Below are positions 27,401-39,678 of a stretch of DNA of 64,000 nt, one piece after another. The stretch covers positions 1 through 64,000 of the forward strand of contig JAAILG010000504.1 in assembly GCA_012026655.1 (NCBI GenBank), read 5' to 3'. This stretch comes from Hydrolagus affinis (lineage: Eukaryota). The notes under the pieces were generated by a model. That model worked only from the letters and a program-made list of their open reading frames with translations. It had not been told where the DNA came from and did not search any database. The translations under genes were made by a program, and so were the position numbers. The first letter of the stretch is position 1; each line of letters begins with the position of its first letter.

Positions 27401-30400
27401 TTCAAAGCTCTTCACAGGATATACTGTAGACTGTATTAACTGTATTTTGTGCATAGTTCAACATTAGTTTGCTTTTGGCCTGTAAATAGCCTCTAGATTC
27501 TTTGCCACCTGAGTTCTCATTAACTCGGCAAGCCACTAACTGAGCATGCAGTGGGAAGCCTGCCAAGGCATTTTTCTCCATGGCAGTTTTAGTTGGTTGC
27601 ACTCTAGCAAAGATTAAATGCAGGGTTAACTTTCTCCCAAATACACAGTGCTCCCAACACTGAAAAATCAGCCATTCTTCAGCTGAAATGCAAATCCAAG
27701 GTGTTTTCCTATTAAACAAGTTTCACTATTAAGCCCAAAACAAACACAGAAACAGAAGTAGCTGGGAACACTCGGCAGGTTAGGCAGCATCTATGGAGAA
27801 AGGAAAAGTGAGACAACGTTTTGGGTCCACATTCCTTTGTCAAAACTGGGGCATGTTGGGAGGGCGAGGCTTTTAAGGATTAACAGAGGGGAGAGGCAAG
27901 GCAAGGAAGACAATGGAGAAAATGGGGTAGAAGGCAGGAGATGATGGGTTAAAGAGGTGTTAATGTTGTGATACAAAAAGGGGGTTGCAATAAAACTGCA
28001 AAGAGGTGTTAATAATGTTAAAACAAAGTGGGGGGAAATTGCTAAAGGCAGATTGACTATTAACTATTAATAGAGCTATTAAGGCCAGGTATTTTATAAC
28101 ATATAATAATAATCCTTGCATTTGACATAATGCTTTTCACGTCTTCTAGACTTCTCAAAGCGCTTCTCAAGTTATACTGTAAAAAATTGAATTGATTGTA
28201 TATTTGTGGGTGAAACACAGCAGCCAATTGCACACAGCAGGGTCCCCCAAAACAGTCATGGATTGAAATGACCAATTTTATTTATTATTGATTTTTTTTT
28301 GAGGGATTATTATTAGGCACGTGAAGTAAGGAAACGTGCCCAGGGTTTCGCCCTGACCTGCCTTGATTCAAACACAGATCTCAGCGAAGGAGCCTTATTG
28401 CCCTAGTTTGAAATTCCATCATCTATCCCTGTGATCTATATCGGAGGCCATCAATTAGTGATAATTAGTTTACTTTTAGATTCTCCCTGGGTCGCACAGC
28501 AGCTGCTGAAAGTACAGGAAGCAGTGTACTGCTGGGTCTTGGCAAATTCTGCCCTGCGATCGTTCTCACTTTATCTTTTCTGCTGTCCCTGTGGGGGGAC
28601 AGCTCTGCAACAGCAGTGGGGATGGGAAGCAACTCTGTTGAACTGTTTTGAGAAGTAGATCAATACAAATGGAGATCGAGATCTGTTCAAAATACCTTTG
28701 TGTATGACATCAAGGAGAATAGACACCAAACATTACCTTTTTGGGCTTTAGTTATACATCCATGACTTCCTATCCCCTTGCCAACCTGCCTGCCCACTCC
28801 ATTCAGCAGGCTCTGGCCTCCTCCATGTCCCCTGACCCACCCGCCCCACCATTGGCGGCCAAGCCTTTAGCCACACTGTTCCCAACCTCTTGAACGCCAT
28901 CCTGCAGTCCCTCTGCCTCGCCCCTTCCTTGGCCTCCTTGAAGTCTCGCCTCAAGATTCTCCTCTTCGATTCTCCTCATCAGCAACTCCTGATCCCCCCC
29001 TTCCTACCCTCCCCCTCGTCCTCAGCTCAGGTCTGAAGCAGTAACTTGACCAGCGCCTTGGGACATCCTCCTGATGGGAAAGGAGTTATACAAGTGTAAT
29101 TTTGTTGTTGTTGTTTATTTTTAAATTTTCTAAGGATTCATTTAATCATTTTTCTTTTTTCCATAAGAAGATTCTGAGAAAGTTTTGACAGCAGGGAGCA
29201 ATTACATTATAATACTTCAGCTTGTTTTGCTTCTAGCAAAACTGAGATTAACTTCAGTCCACATAATAACATCCACTGGAGTGTTCGGGGGGAGTTTGGG
29301 AAATCTTCAGTTTGCAATTGGCAGTGTAAATAGTTCAGCAGTGAAGATATTAAAACCTCTTGCCTGATGATATTTAATGCCACTTCATTTGGGTCTTAAT
29401 TAAACCTGCACCATGCACAGCAAGTGTGAAACTGGAATTAGATTTATCACACCCATTATTTATTGCTTTAATTACTATTCGTTTGTTTGAGTAGTCATTC
29501 TTGACACCTGCAATTAATACACTATCAAATACAAACAAGTGCAATTTTAAGCACGGAAAAAAAATATTTTCGAGAAAGTAGTAATAATTCACATAAGATT
29601 TACTTAGTTTAATATTAACACAAAACAAAACTATAGAATATAACCTGACCAGAGACCAGTTAGTGGTTTCCATACTCCATGCTGTATGAAGATGCAAAAC
29701 CCCTTAAGCAGTGTTGAGTGCAATCACTCTAGCTACACGTTCATCTATTAATAAAGTATTGAACTCCAACAAGGTACATGCTTAATAGCCTTACAATCAG
29801 AGACTTGCAGCTATAGAATTACTTGAACCCAAATCAAAAATTATTCTTCTCTCTTCCACTGGGAACACTGAGCAATTAAACAGAAAATAATGAATCTGCT
29901 ATTTTGCAATTCACTCTCTTCCACTGTTCCACTCCTTAAAAGGTGTGAATACAAATCACAGCAAGGGCTGAGAAAGATGATGTGGACGCTGCATGGATGT
30001 AAACATCTTAAAAGGAACCATGGCATGACTTTGGTCATTTGGAATTGCAAAATGTTTCTTTTCGCTTGGAGATTGAAATGCGCTGTACAAATGTAATTTT
30101 GTTCCTGTTATAGGCAGACCGTCCATTCAGAAATGGTGAAGGCTGATGAACTAAAATTTTGCTTCATGGTAAGCTTGTAATTACAGTAAAACAGATTCGG
30201 TTTAATAATCGTTAATATTAATAATCGATAATCAGGACAAAAGGCGACTTGGTTAAAACTCAGTTAAATCCATAAATTATTACAATCTTTATCATTTGGA
30301 AAATAAGTAAAGAACATATAGTCCTTGACATGTAGTACAGTACAAAACTCACCTCTTTTTGCAGAGCCATGTTTTTCACTTCTACCTCTTCAACAATCTG

Positions 30401-30478
30401 AGAATCAGTTTGGTCAACGACTGGATATCCATTTTTCTGGTCTGAGTTTGCCTTCCGCTTTCTCAACTTATCATCCAT
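18409..30478 (-). CDS. SLC7A9: b(0,+)-type amino acid transporter 1 (cystine/dibasic amino acid light chain), complete CDS, 499 aa
   Basis: Coding exons (minus strand): 30478-30353, 26261-26114, 24963-24721, 23719-23594, 22848-22749, 22427-22383, 21911-21788, 20791-20688, 20205-20109, 19926-19777, 19469-19295, 18470-18409. Total is 1500 nt, all GT-AG. Internal exon sizes 148/243/126/100/45/124/104/97/150/175 match the SLC7A9 pattern as I recall it. Motifs: [50 protein letters not shown] (heavy-chain disulfide Cys), C-terminus [19 protein letters not shown]. Confidence 0.96.
20987..21215. mobile_element. Penelope-like pseudo-LTR palindrome (~197-bp hairpin) with hammerhead-like cores
   Basis: Near-perfect inverted repeat 20987-21183 centred on TCAG-AA-CTGA (21085-86). 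Related copies at 27750-27850 and 63430-63600. Confidence 0.75.
21226..21754. mobile_element. TA-flanked MITE containing an inserted long-variant SINE (-, 21269-21640)
   Basis: TIRs TA|CAGTCAAACCTGT ... ACACGTTTGACTG|TA. Internal SINE with B-box and Deu-like core. Confidence 0.7.
24115..24352 (-). mobile_element. SINE family A (head truncated)
   Basis: Core and tail match family A. Confidence 0.8.
25335..25612 (-). mobile_element. SINE family A
   Basis: Tail, core and tRNA-like head on the reverse strand. Confidence 0.8.
26565..26990 (-). mobile_element. L2 LINE 3' fragment
   Basis: Peptides [10 protein letters not shown] and LWNSLPHSL typical of the L2 ORF2 C-terminus; (AAC)n tail. Confidence 0.8.
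27745..28030 (-). mobile_element. Penelope-like terminal fragment (single arm plus purine-rich flank)
   Basis: GCTGGGAACACTCGGCAGGTTAGGCAGCATCTATGGAGAAAGGAAAAGTGAGACAACGTTTTGGGTCCAC matches the left arm of the 20987 palindrome. Confidence 0.65.
28104..28383 (-). mobile_element. SINE family A
   Basis: Core, tail and partial head. Confidence 0.8.
28750..29115 (+). mobile_element. L2 LINE 3' end
   Basis: ATTGGCGGCCAAGCCTTTAGCCAC (IGGQAFS-like), plus tail CAGCGCCTTGGGACATCCTCC...(TTG)n shared with 16580-16692, 23060-23132, 35010-35110 and 42605-42670. Confidence 0.75.
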
Positions 30479-30799
30479 TTTTATTTTCCTCTTGTTTCTT
30501 AGCACAAGAAATGTGCTGATGTTTCAACCACCTATAGAATTTAAGTAATTTAGGAACAACCTTAAGCAGAGATTAAAGGGAGCATTGATATCTCTCAAAA
30601 ATATTTCATAAACCATTTTTGTGCACTGATTAGAATAATGTATTGCATCATAAAAATGTGTTAGAATATAGAAATTATGGCCTAAATATAATGCAATAAT
30701 TAATAGTCAGGTGTTCCCCCTTGTTGCACACACTCAGATTGTTAACTGATGAGAGAATTTCAGTAAGTACTTCAGTTTAAATTGGCCTTGAAAGATTGT

Positions 30800-31235
30800 G
30801 GATTTATGTATGAAAAGAAGGCAGGAGAGCCATCTCAAGGTCTGGGAATAGAAGGGAGGTGACTATAGGCCTTGGTGGATAAGATAAAGGGAGGAAATAA
30901 CAACTCCCTGCAAACCTGGCCTTTATATTGTCTGGTTTTGATATCGCTTCTGGACAATCTCCAAGTGATCAACTGGCTGAGTTAATTATGATGAGGCTGG
31001 TGGAGAAGTATAAAGATAGGAGAGAAAGAGTGGCTCATTACAATGGTTGGGGAGTGTCTCAGGGTAAACCGAGATCTCCAGTCTGCCACTGTTGTCCAGA
31101 ACTACTGGAACGGGTAGCATGGTTCTGTTTTACAGGCAGGGAAGGGTCAGTTACAGAAGCAAAGTTAGAAGAATATTGAGAGATAGAGAAGTTTTCCAGT
31201 GAGAAGGAGATTTGCCGAGACCAGAGAACTAGCAT
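30800..31235 (+). mobile_element. partial LTR related to the solo LTR at 39679
   Basis: TATAAA followed by about 130 bp (31015-31140) highly similar to 40151-40280. Confidence 0.6.
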
Positions 31236-31360
31236 TGCTCTTTTTTTAAATTCCTGTATTTCTAAAATAATTATAAAGTTTAAACTTACTATAATAATCC
31301 TCGCATTCGATGTAGCACTTTTCACGTCTTCTAGACGTCTCAAAGTGCTTCACAGAATAT

Positions 31361-33170
31361 AGGAACAGGATTAGGCAATTCAGCCCTTCGAGCCTGTTCC
31401 GCCACTTAATTAGATCATGGCTGAACCTCTACTAATGCTTTCAATTCCAATTTCCTGCTTTTTCCCTGTATCCCTTAATACCCTGACCTACTAAAAATTT
31501 ATCAACCTCACTCTTGAAGATGTAGATGGATCCAGCATCCATGACCTTTTGGGGGAGAGAATTGAAGATTTATACCACACTTTGCATGAAAAAATGTTTC
31601 ACCTTAAACTGGTCTGGTTCTAATTTTAAGACTTTGTCCCATTGTTTTGGATTCCCCCAAAGGATGAAATAGCTTCTCTGTATCTACCCTATCAAAACCC
31701 TTTATCATCTAAAATACCTCAATCAAGTCATCCCTCAACCTGCTAAACTCAAGGGAATACAATCCAAGTTTATGTAGTCTTTCCTCGTAACTTAACCCTT
31801 TTAGGTCTGGTAACATTCTGATGAACCTGTGCTGTACTCCCTCCAGTGCTAAGATATCTTTCCTGAGGTGTGATGCCCAAAACTGCACGCAGTACTCCAG
31901 GTGGGATCTGGCTAACACTCTATACAGCTGAAGTATCATTTCTTCCCCCTTTATATTCCAGGTCCCTCAAGATAAAGTCCAACATTCCATTCACATTTTT
32001 TGATTACGTTTTGCATCTGGGAACTAGTTTTTAGTGATATGGACACCCAAATCTCCAAATCTCTTTACTCCTCCACAGTTCTTAATTTCTCCCCATCAGC
32101 CTTTTATGTGGCACCTTGCTGAAAATCTAAATACACTACATCTACTGGTTCCCCCCTAACTAACCTGCGTTCTCAAAAACTCTAAAAGATTTTTAAGCAT
32201 GATTTCCCCTCTGTAAAGCCATGTTGACTCTGCCTAATCATGTTATGGTCTTCTAAGTACCCCACTGTGACGTCCTTAATTAAGGATTCTAGAATTTTCC
32301 CTACCACTGATGTCAGACTAACTGGTCTATAGTTCCCCATTTTCTCTCTCCCATCCTTCTTAAATACTGGTGTCACGTTTGCGATCTTCCAATCAATGGG
32401 AACCGTTTCAGAATCCAGAGAATTTTGGAAGATCAAGCGCAAGGCACCCAACATCTCATCAACCACCTATTTTAAAACTCTAGGATGCAGACCATCAGGT
32501 TCAGGTGATTTGTCATTTTTCAATCCCAACAGTTTCCCTAGTACAGTACTAATTCTTTGCTGATGTTAATATCCCTAAATTGCTCACTTACTCATTGCTC
32601 ATTTGCTTCTTTACTTCTATTTTTTGTAAGCTTTCGGTGTCTTCTAACTTGAAGACAGAAGCAAAGTATTTATTTAATGACTCTGCCATGTTTTTATCCC
32701 TCATTATAATTCCTCCTGCTTCTGCCTGTAATGGACCCACATTTACTTTTGCTAGCCTCTTCCTCTTAATATATTTGTAAATCTTGCCATCTGTCTTTAT
32801 TTTGCTAGCTAGTTTGCCCTCATAATCTATTTCTCCCTCTAAATCAGTTTCTTAGTTTTTCTTTGTTGGTCCCTTAAGCGCTCCCAATCTTCAGGTTTAG
32901 TTTTTGGCAGTATTATAGGCCTCTTCCTTTAATTTTATTCTTTCCCTCACTGCTCTAGTTAGCCATGGTTGAATTTCTTTCCCCGTGATACTTTTATTCC
33001 TCAAGGGAATATGTGACCGCTGGGAATTATGTACAGTACTATATCTTTAAATGTTTGCCATTATTGGTCTACCTTTAATTCCCCAGTCTATTCCAGCTTG
33101 ATCCTCCCTCATAACTGCAATGTTACCTTCATTTAAATTTAAGATCCGTGCTTCGGACATAACTACATCT
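31361..33170 (-). mobile_element. CR1 LINE, ~1.8-kb internally deleted ORF2 remnant
   Basis: Peptides VPIDWKIANVTPVFKK..GNYRPVSLTSVVGKILES..QSQHGF and LYRVLARSHLEYCVQFW..LGLYSLE..RLRDDLIEVF. CR1 3' UTR at 31361-31500. Confidence 0.92.
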
Positions 33171-33324
33171 ACTTAACTAGTGGAGTCCTGGATTTGAACA
33201 CAGGTCTCACGCTTGTAAGGTGAGTGCTCTAACCACTGAGCTACAGGAGCTCCACAATATCCCCTCATCCAGAGGCAAGAGAGAGCCAACTGTTAATAAA
33301 CATTCAAACTATCATAAATCCTAC

Positions 33325-33555
33325 CTTAATTAGTATTGAGAAGTGTTTCCTTTTCCTCCGAGAACAAACGTAGAACTGTGGTGCGATAGCAAGCTTGTAG
33401 GACTGTAAAACCTGTGGTTATTTTGTTACCTGCTAGTCTCCAGAAGCTATCCAATCAATGACTTCCATCTGAGTGACTGCTGCTGATTCATTTGTGAGGA
33501 GGTACTTTGCAGGTGCAACATTATTTGTGAAGTAATTATTAATTAAATTTTAACC
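33325..33555 (-). promoter_or_regulatory. SLC7A9: candidate non-coding exon 1 and proximal promoter of SLC7A9
   Basis: The ATG exon has an AG acceptor at 30532-30533, so an upstream exon is expected. A minus-strand donor AAG|GTAGGA lies at 33325/33324. HNF1-like AT-rich sites at 33532-33555 and an HNF4-like TGCAAAGTACC at 33501-33511. Location is inferred only. Confidence 0.35.
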
Positions 33556-34059
33556 ACTTCCGTAGACATGAACAGATTTTTGGTAAGGGCTCTACAGGTG
33601 TTTCGTTTTACCTGAATTACTTTGTGTGTATGTGGGAAATTGTTCCAATCTCCAGTACCATTAGAGGCTATGTAATTTTAAATCTATCGTCGAGTTCCTC
33701 TAGTTCTGATCTGCCTTAAAACACTGCAAACATTTAAATTATTTAATCCAATTCCTTCCAAAACTCCACAGACAAAGCTATAATCTCTAAACAAAATATA
33801 CCCTTTTTTAAGAAAAAAAATTGTACAAAAACAGCATAGTAAGAAATTTTGTTGCATTGATTTACGTGGTTATACTTAAATATAGTAGCACTGAAGTGTT
33901 TAAAAATGACATTCCACAAATGTATTTCTGTTTGAAGGCGATGTTGAAAATACGATTTTTAATCAGTCCAATTACATTTGTTTTGTTTATTGGTTTTCCC
34001 TGTAATCTTTGGAATTAAATGTTTATGCCCATTTCTGCTCAAACATGCTACAACTACTT

Positions 34060-34300
34060 CAACTACTTTGATTTATTTAGCGCCCTCCATGCCGAATGGC
34101 GTATCAGAGCGCTTCACAACAACAGATCCTGGGACCGAGTCAGGGCCAAGGGTAGAAAGGTGACCAAAGGCACGGTCGAAGAGGAATGTCTTTAGCTGGG
34201 ACCTGAAACTGGGAAGAAAGGGGGCAAGGTGAAGGGAGTGAGGAAGGGAGTTCCAGAGTCTCGGGGCATAGTGGCTTTTGAAAGCACGGCCGCCTGTGCA
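34060..34300 (-). mobile_element. L2 LINE 3' end
   Basis: Peptide [32 protein letters not shown]. Confidence 0.85.
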
Positions 34301-34539
34301 GTACCCTGTCACATATCACCAGTAGCTGAAACGCAAATATCACTCTGGCCGCCATTTGTGTTTGAGATTACTGTAACTGTTCCCAATTTACAAATCGTCA
34401 CGTGCACCTAGCTAAATAAATCTATCATTCTCAGAGAGATACATTAATTCTGTTAGTTGTTTCAGAATTGCATGTTAGCCATTAGAATGCTTTCAGATAT
34501 GTACAGTAGCTGGATGTTTGTTCTCAAAGTTGAGTTCTG

Positions 34540-34965
34540 AGGAAAGGCTAGAGAGGCTAGGTTTATTCTCATTGGAGCAGAGAAGGTTACGAGGAGTCCA
34601 AGTAGAGATTTTCAAGATCATGAGGGGATTTGACAGAGTAAACAGGTAAAAACTGTTTCCACTCATAGGTGTATCAGTGACTTGTGGTCACAGATTTAAA
34701 ATAGTTTAAAAAAATAAGCAGAGGGGAGGTGAGGAGAAATTGTTTCACCCAGCGAGTTGTTCGAATCTGGAATGGATTGCCTGAAAAGGTGGAGGATGCT
34801 GATTCGATAACAACTTTTAAAAGAAAGGTAGACATTTATTTGGAGAGGACGGGTTTGCGCAGTTATGGGGAGAGAGCTGGGGAGTGGCATTGAATTACTC
34901 TTTTCAAGGAGCTGGCACTCGATGGGCCGAATGGCCTCCTTTTGTGCCGTAAGATTCTATGATTC
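34540..34965 (+). mobile_element. CR1 LINE 3' end
   Basis: Inverted copy of 5020-5450; ends GATGGGCCGAATGGCCTCCTTTTGTGCCGTAAGATTCTATGATTCTA. Confidence 0.88.
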
Positions 34966-36399
34966 TAAGTGTTTTCAAAATTCATGGATGCACTTTTAAA
35001 ACGGTGCATCCAACAACAACAAAATTACATTTGTATAGCGCCTTTCACTTCGGGAGGATGTCCCAAGGCACTGGACAGTCAGTGTTTCAGACCCGAGCTC
35101 GGGTCAGGATCAGGGAGGATAATACCACTACAAGAACTACCCAAACAAACCAGATGGCAATTGCGTGTAGACATTCAATTATTTTTCTTTGCGAACAAAC
35201 CTATACTGGAGCTGTAAATTAGCATTGAAACAAATGCATGAGCAAATTAGATTATGCCTGAAAATATAGTTAAATGGAGCACAAAGCTAATTCTATTCTA
35301 ACTAGGAAAGCACAATTAGCTGCTGATCCTTCAATCATGTCTATATTTTGTAGTAAGAAGCATCACAGTCATATATTTGCATAACCAGTTTAATTGATGG
35401 TCTGTGGCTTTTAATTAGATTTTTCAGAGATCAAACACCAAATAAACGAAAAGGAAAATTACAGAATAATTTCTTGCAGTTTAGTGGATAATGAGTCCCA
35501 GAAAGCCATTGAACTCCTTCTTTGATTTTGTACTTCAGAAATATTATTAGCAGCAACAGGACAGAAACATCCATAGTCATTTCCTCAAATGGAGTTCTGC
35601 TAATTCAAAATAAATACTGCTGCTTATTAGATAATCAGACCAGAATTTCCAAACCCTGTCCAGCTTTGTGTGAAAGTTCTCCATTATTTAAAATGGCGTA
35701 AGTATTTTTAAGACAACTATTGAAGTTAAACTCCAAATCATTACCACTTTTCCTGCTATTCCACGTCACTTAGATCCCACACCACGATCCAAGTAAAATG
35801 CTCTAACCTACAATAAGAAGGATAGGTAGTACACTTCCTAGTCTGGTCAAGATTAATACCTAGACAAATTCTGAGAAGCACAAATTGTATTTTTTTACAA
35901 ATCCATCTTATTTATGTAATGTTTAGTTACATAAAGAATACATACGTAACTTTATGCGATAACAACATCAACTTGCATTTATATCACGCCCTTCATACAG
36001 GGTAGCATCCTGGAGTGATAAGTGTTTTAGTGCCCAAAGCATTTAATTACAAAAAACTCAATAGTGAATATTCACAGAAGACCACCACCTAAAATGTTCT
36101 AGGGTTTATATATTGATGGCATAATTCAAGGGGCTGCAAAAAGACAGACTCATTGTTTTTCCCACTGCTAGATTAGAGGCAAGATTTTATTGAATACAAT
36201 GAAGCTAGGCAAAGCACCACTTCCTGTCCAAACATGAACAGTGAATAAGTCTTTAAGAACCAGCCTATTAACATAGTGATGTCCCAACCATAATAAATCC
36301 AAACAATTTTAACTCTCCATGAAAGGCTCTCTCTCATTTTAACCCTTGATCAAAATAAATTTAATTTATTGTGCTCCTAAATCAATTTTTTTTAAAAAG

Positions 36400-39392
36400 A
36401 GTGTTGGATCTGACTTATGTTTTCATGATGCGTTCTTACAACTCCGGATGAAAACATTGCAAAATTGATCTGGTAAACAGTTAAAGTTAAACACGGATGT
36501 GTCACAGATTTATATAATGGAGCAGCCTATAAAAGTTGTTGTGATGCTGGGGTAATGTAACATTGATAAAGAGCTGGAAATCCTAAGATACTGCAAAGTA
36601 AAAGTCCCAAGTACAGAATGTGAACCCATCCCTTATTTTATTATCCAAATTATCATGTTCTAAATAAACCTATTCTGGTGGTTCATAAAAGTCGTTTGAT
36701 CAGTTAACATGAGGGAAACTGCTGATGAATTAAAATAACTAGATTAATTATGTCTACGATATAAAAAAAATGCTAGTGTAGTGCAAAGCTGGAACAAAAT
36801 TGGGAACAATGTGTAAGCTCCATGGAGGACGAGTTCTTTTCCCAAGTACTTAAAAGCTCCACTGCCTTATCACTGTGTTAATTGTAGGCAATGCATCACA
36901 TGGTGTAATGTGCTTTCTTGTAATATTGTATATGTGGAGGAGGGGGATGGTAATGGCTTTTGGTTAGGTAATGGAACTGAAGGTAATCAGGGAGTATGTA
37001 AGAGAGAAGGAAAGTGAGTGTCGCTATGGTCTAAGAAGTAGGTTGTGGAGTCCTGTAGCTCAAGGGTTAGAGCAAGCGCCTTAGAAGCATGAGACCTGTG
37101 TTCGAATCCATGCAGTTGAGGGCAAAGCCTTGGGCAAGTTTCCTTACTCCACATACCTAAAGATAATCCCCCCACCCCCCAAAAAAACACATTAATAAAA
37201 AAAATTGGTCATTTCAATCCACAACTGTTTGTGGGACACTGCTGTGTGCAATTGGCTGCCGCGTTTCGCCCACAAATATACAGTCAATTCACCTATTAAT
37301 ATACAGTATTCTGTAAAGATGTGAAAAGCGCTGTATCATATGCAAGGATTAGGTTTTAAGGAGGATTTAAAGGCAGATAGAGAGAGGGTGAAACAGAAGG
37401 ATACAGGCAGCAAGTTCAAAAGGGTGGGGGCTGGAATTGAAGTGTCGGCCACAGCTAGTGAGGTAATGGGCAGGGGAAGTGCAACATGCCCGCGCAGTCA
37501 ATGTGAGCAGAAGAATGACCTAGGAGATCAGAGATCAGATAGGTTCTGAGTCATAAAGGGATTTATAGGTACAAATGGGGGCCTTATTATCAATCCACTG
37601 GGAGCCAGTGGTGCCTGGCGAGAATTAGAGGAACAGGAAGCTGATTTTGATGTGGGTTTAATGAGTCAGAGTTTGTGACAGTGGAACTAGGAGACTAGCA
37701 TGGAGTATGTCAGAGAAGTTAAGTCTTGAATGAGGATTTCAGCAGTGTTTTGTGATATACATTGTCACTGAATACCAATATCATGGATTCACTTGAGGGC
37801 TTCAGGGCCTCCTGACAGGTCCCCCACATTCTCTCTTGCCAGGTTCCATCCCACCCAAATGTGTCTCTCTACTTTCATTGTTTGGGCTGCTTAAAAAACA
37901 TTAAATTATTTCAGGTGTGCTGCAAATGGCTGCTAGGTTTTCATTATACAAACGTGATTCCATTAACATTTTGTTACAATTTTAGAAAAGATGGTTTCCT
38001 TTATTTTAAAAATAAAATCAAGAAAGAAAATTGGTAAGATATTATGATCATCAATAGTCCCATTGCAAATTGACAGTGCCCGAGTAACCATCCAAGATTA
38101 CAAATGTTTCCAGATTAAATCCAAGTGTTTAAGAGTGTCCATTCAAAATCCAAGCACCTTTGAAAGCTCTAGTGGGTAATGTCTTCATTTGGTTGAGGTT
38201 GAAAGCAATTCGAGTTTCTCAGCAACAATAGATGGTAGAATGGAAAGGATAAGCAGGAACTTTCACAAAGAGAATAAAGCTTAAAGGGTATCTAATGCAA
38301 TTCAGAGAGTCCTCTGTGGAGCATCTGAAGGCTTCGAGGATTAGTATGAGGCATTAAGCATTCTCCTACATTTTGTAGTCCAGGCAGTCAGGTGGTTCGT
38401 GTACTCAAATTAAAAATCTAAAATTACCTTCATTATACGTCAGTTCAAATATCAAGGAGTAATTTAGATGGATTATTTATCATTTCATTGCCAATGTTTT
38501 AAAGATGACAGACTAAACCAAATCCGACCAAGTCGTACAGTATTATCCACGTGGCTGAAATGTATTCACAGTCCAGTTCCTTGGGAGCTGGTGCTGAAAG
38601 ATACAGCTGGAATGTCAGGCTACTAATGAATTATGTTAATGTGAGTATCTTGAAAACTCATGAATCTTAACCTTTCAAATAAAGCTGGTAGCAGGAGTTT
38701 GCGAATCAAAATGAATGACTTGAAGCTAATCTACAGGGGTGTCTTCACATATAATTCTTGAGAGATTCCTCTTAAACCTCTCAGTGGTGAAGATTGATGA
38801 TGTCAGACAATACCTATTATCATTTTGAGTGTTAAGGGTTCCACTATCGAATCCAAGCACAAATATTGATGGAAACAAAGAGCGTAACATTGATGAGGTT
38901 TTGGGCAGAAGATAGCATTAGAGACTGAAAGCTAGTCAGAGGTTAAAACCATATAGTACGGTACAAAGATTAAAAATTAGTTTGGGCAAAGGTCATAAAA
39001 CTGTACAAGAAGAAAATGATGCTGAATAATTCTATTGATGTCACACAAAGTGCCCCGGATATTTTTAAACTCAGTTTATTATCTTGCAAAGTTTAAAGTC
39101 CAACACACTCATACATCAGCTCTAGCCATAAAAGATAATTCATACATTCACTGGCTGTTTTGTAGCACAGCCTCTGTATTGAGAATGTACACTGTAATAA
39201 TATACGGCACTTTTCTTTGGACAAGAAGACAGGTCTCAAATGTCTGGTAACACTATGTTTGCCTATCTTGAGATAAATTTTGGAGATATGCTGTGGTACT
39301 CTTTGTGTTAGAAAGTTAGAAAATAGAACTACAATATTTGTCTGAAAAAGATACTGCAGAACTTGGGCTGTCAAAACTAAAGAAAAATTCAT
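36400..39392 (-). pseudogene. highly degraded leucine-rich-repeat receptor (TLR-like LRR-TM-TIR) pseudogene, interrupted by L2 and SINE insertions
   Basis: Manual minus-strand translation gives ordered, frameshifted fragments: LTQRVPQHISK, TLQDNKLSLKISGAL, LTSFQSLMLSS, PLRGLRGISQELYV, FSLSSLKH, IAFNLNQMKTLPTRAFKG, LKHLDL/SGNICNLGWL. A hydrophobic segment CQFAMGLLMIIISYQFSFLILFLK follows, then weak TIR-like pieces near 36900-36430. Confidence 0.5.
37044..37350 (+). mobile_element. SINE family A, full length, inserted in an older L2-like fragment (about 36935-37760)
   Basis: A/B boxes, core and tail present; flanks are purine-rich L2-like sequence. Confidence 0.8.
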
Positions 39393-39678
39393 TTTCAGTA
39401 ATTTCAAAATTTGACTGTATATTTTTAGATGAACGATAGAACAAATAAGTTCACCAGAAAGAAAAAAGTGGTAAGAAAATAACATTCAACAATATTATTA
39501 CGTGTTCATTTTACCTTGGCTCATAGCAGAAGTAATGCTTCAGTGCGGATTTGATTTCATCTACAAACAAATTACGCAATAAGAAAGTCACAAACCTGGA
39601 AGGAAAACATTGCATCCATCATAAAAACAAATGTTAAGCAAAGACTATAAAATAGCAAAACCTAGTTATCTGAACTTG

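Noticed and set aside
30479-30505. N-terminal extension MLRNKRKIK of SLC7A9 in the ORF track
   Set aside because: It uses a non-ATG start. The first ATG is at 30478.
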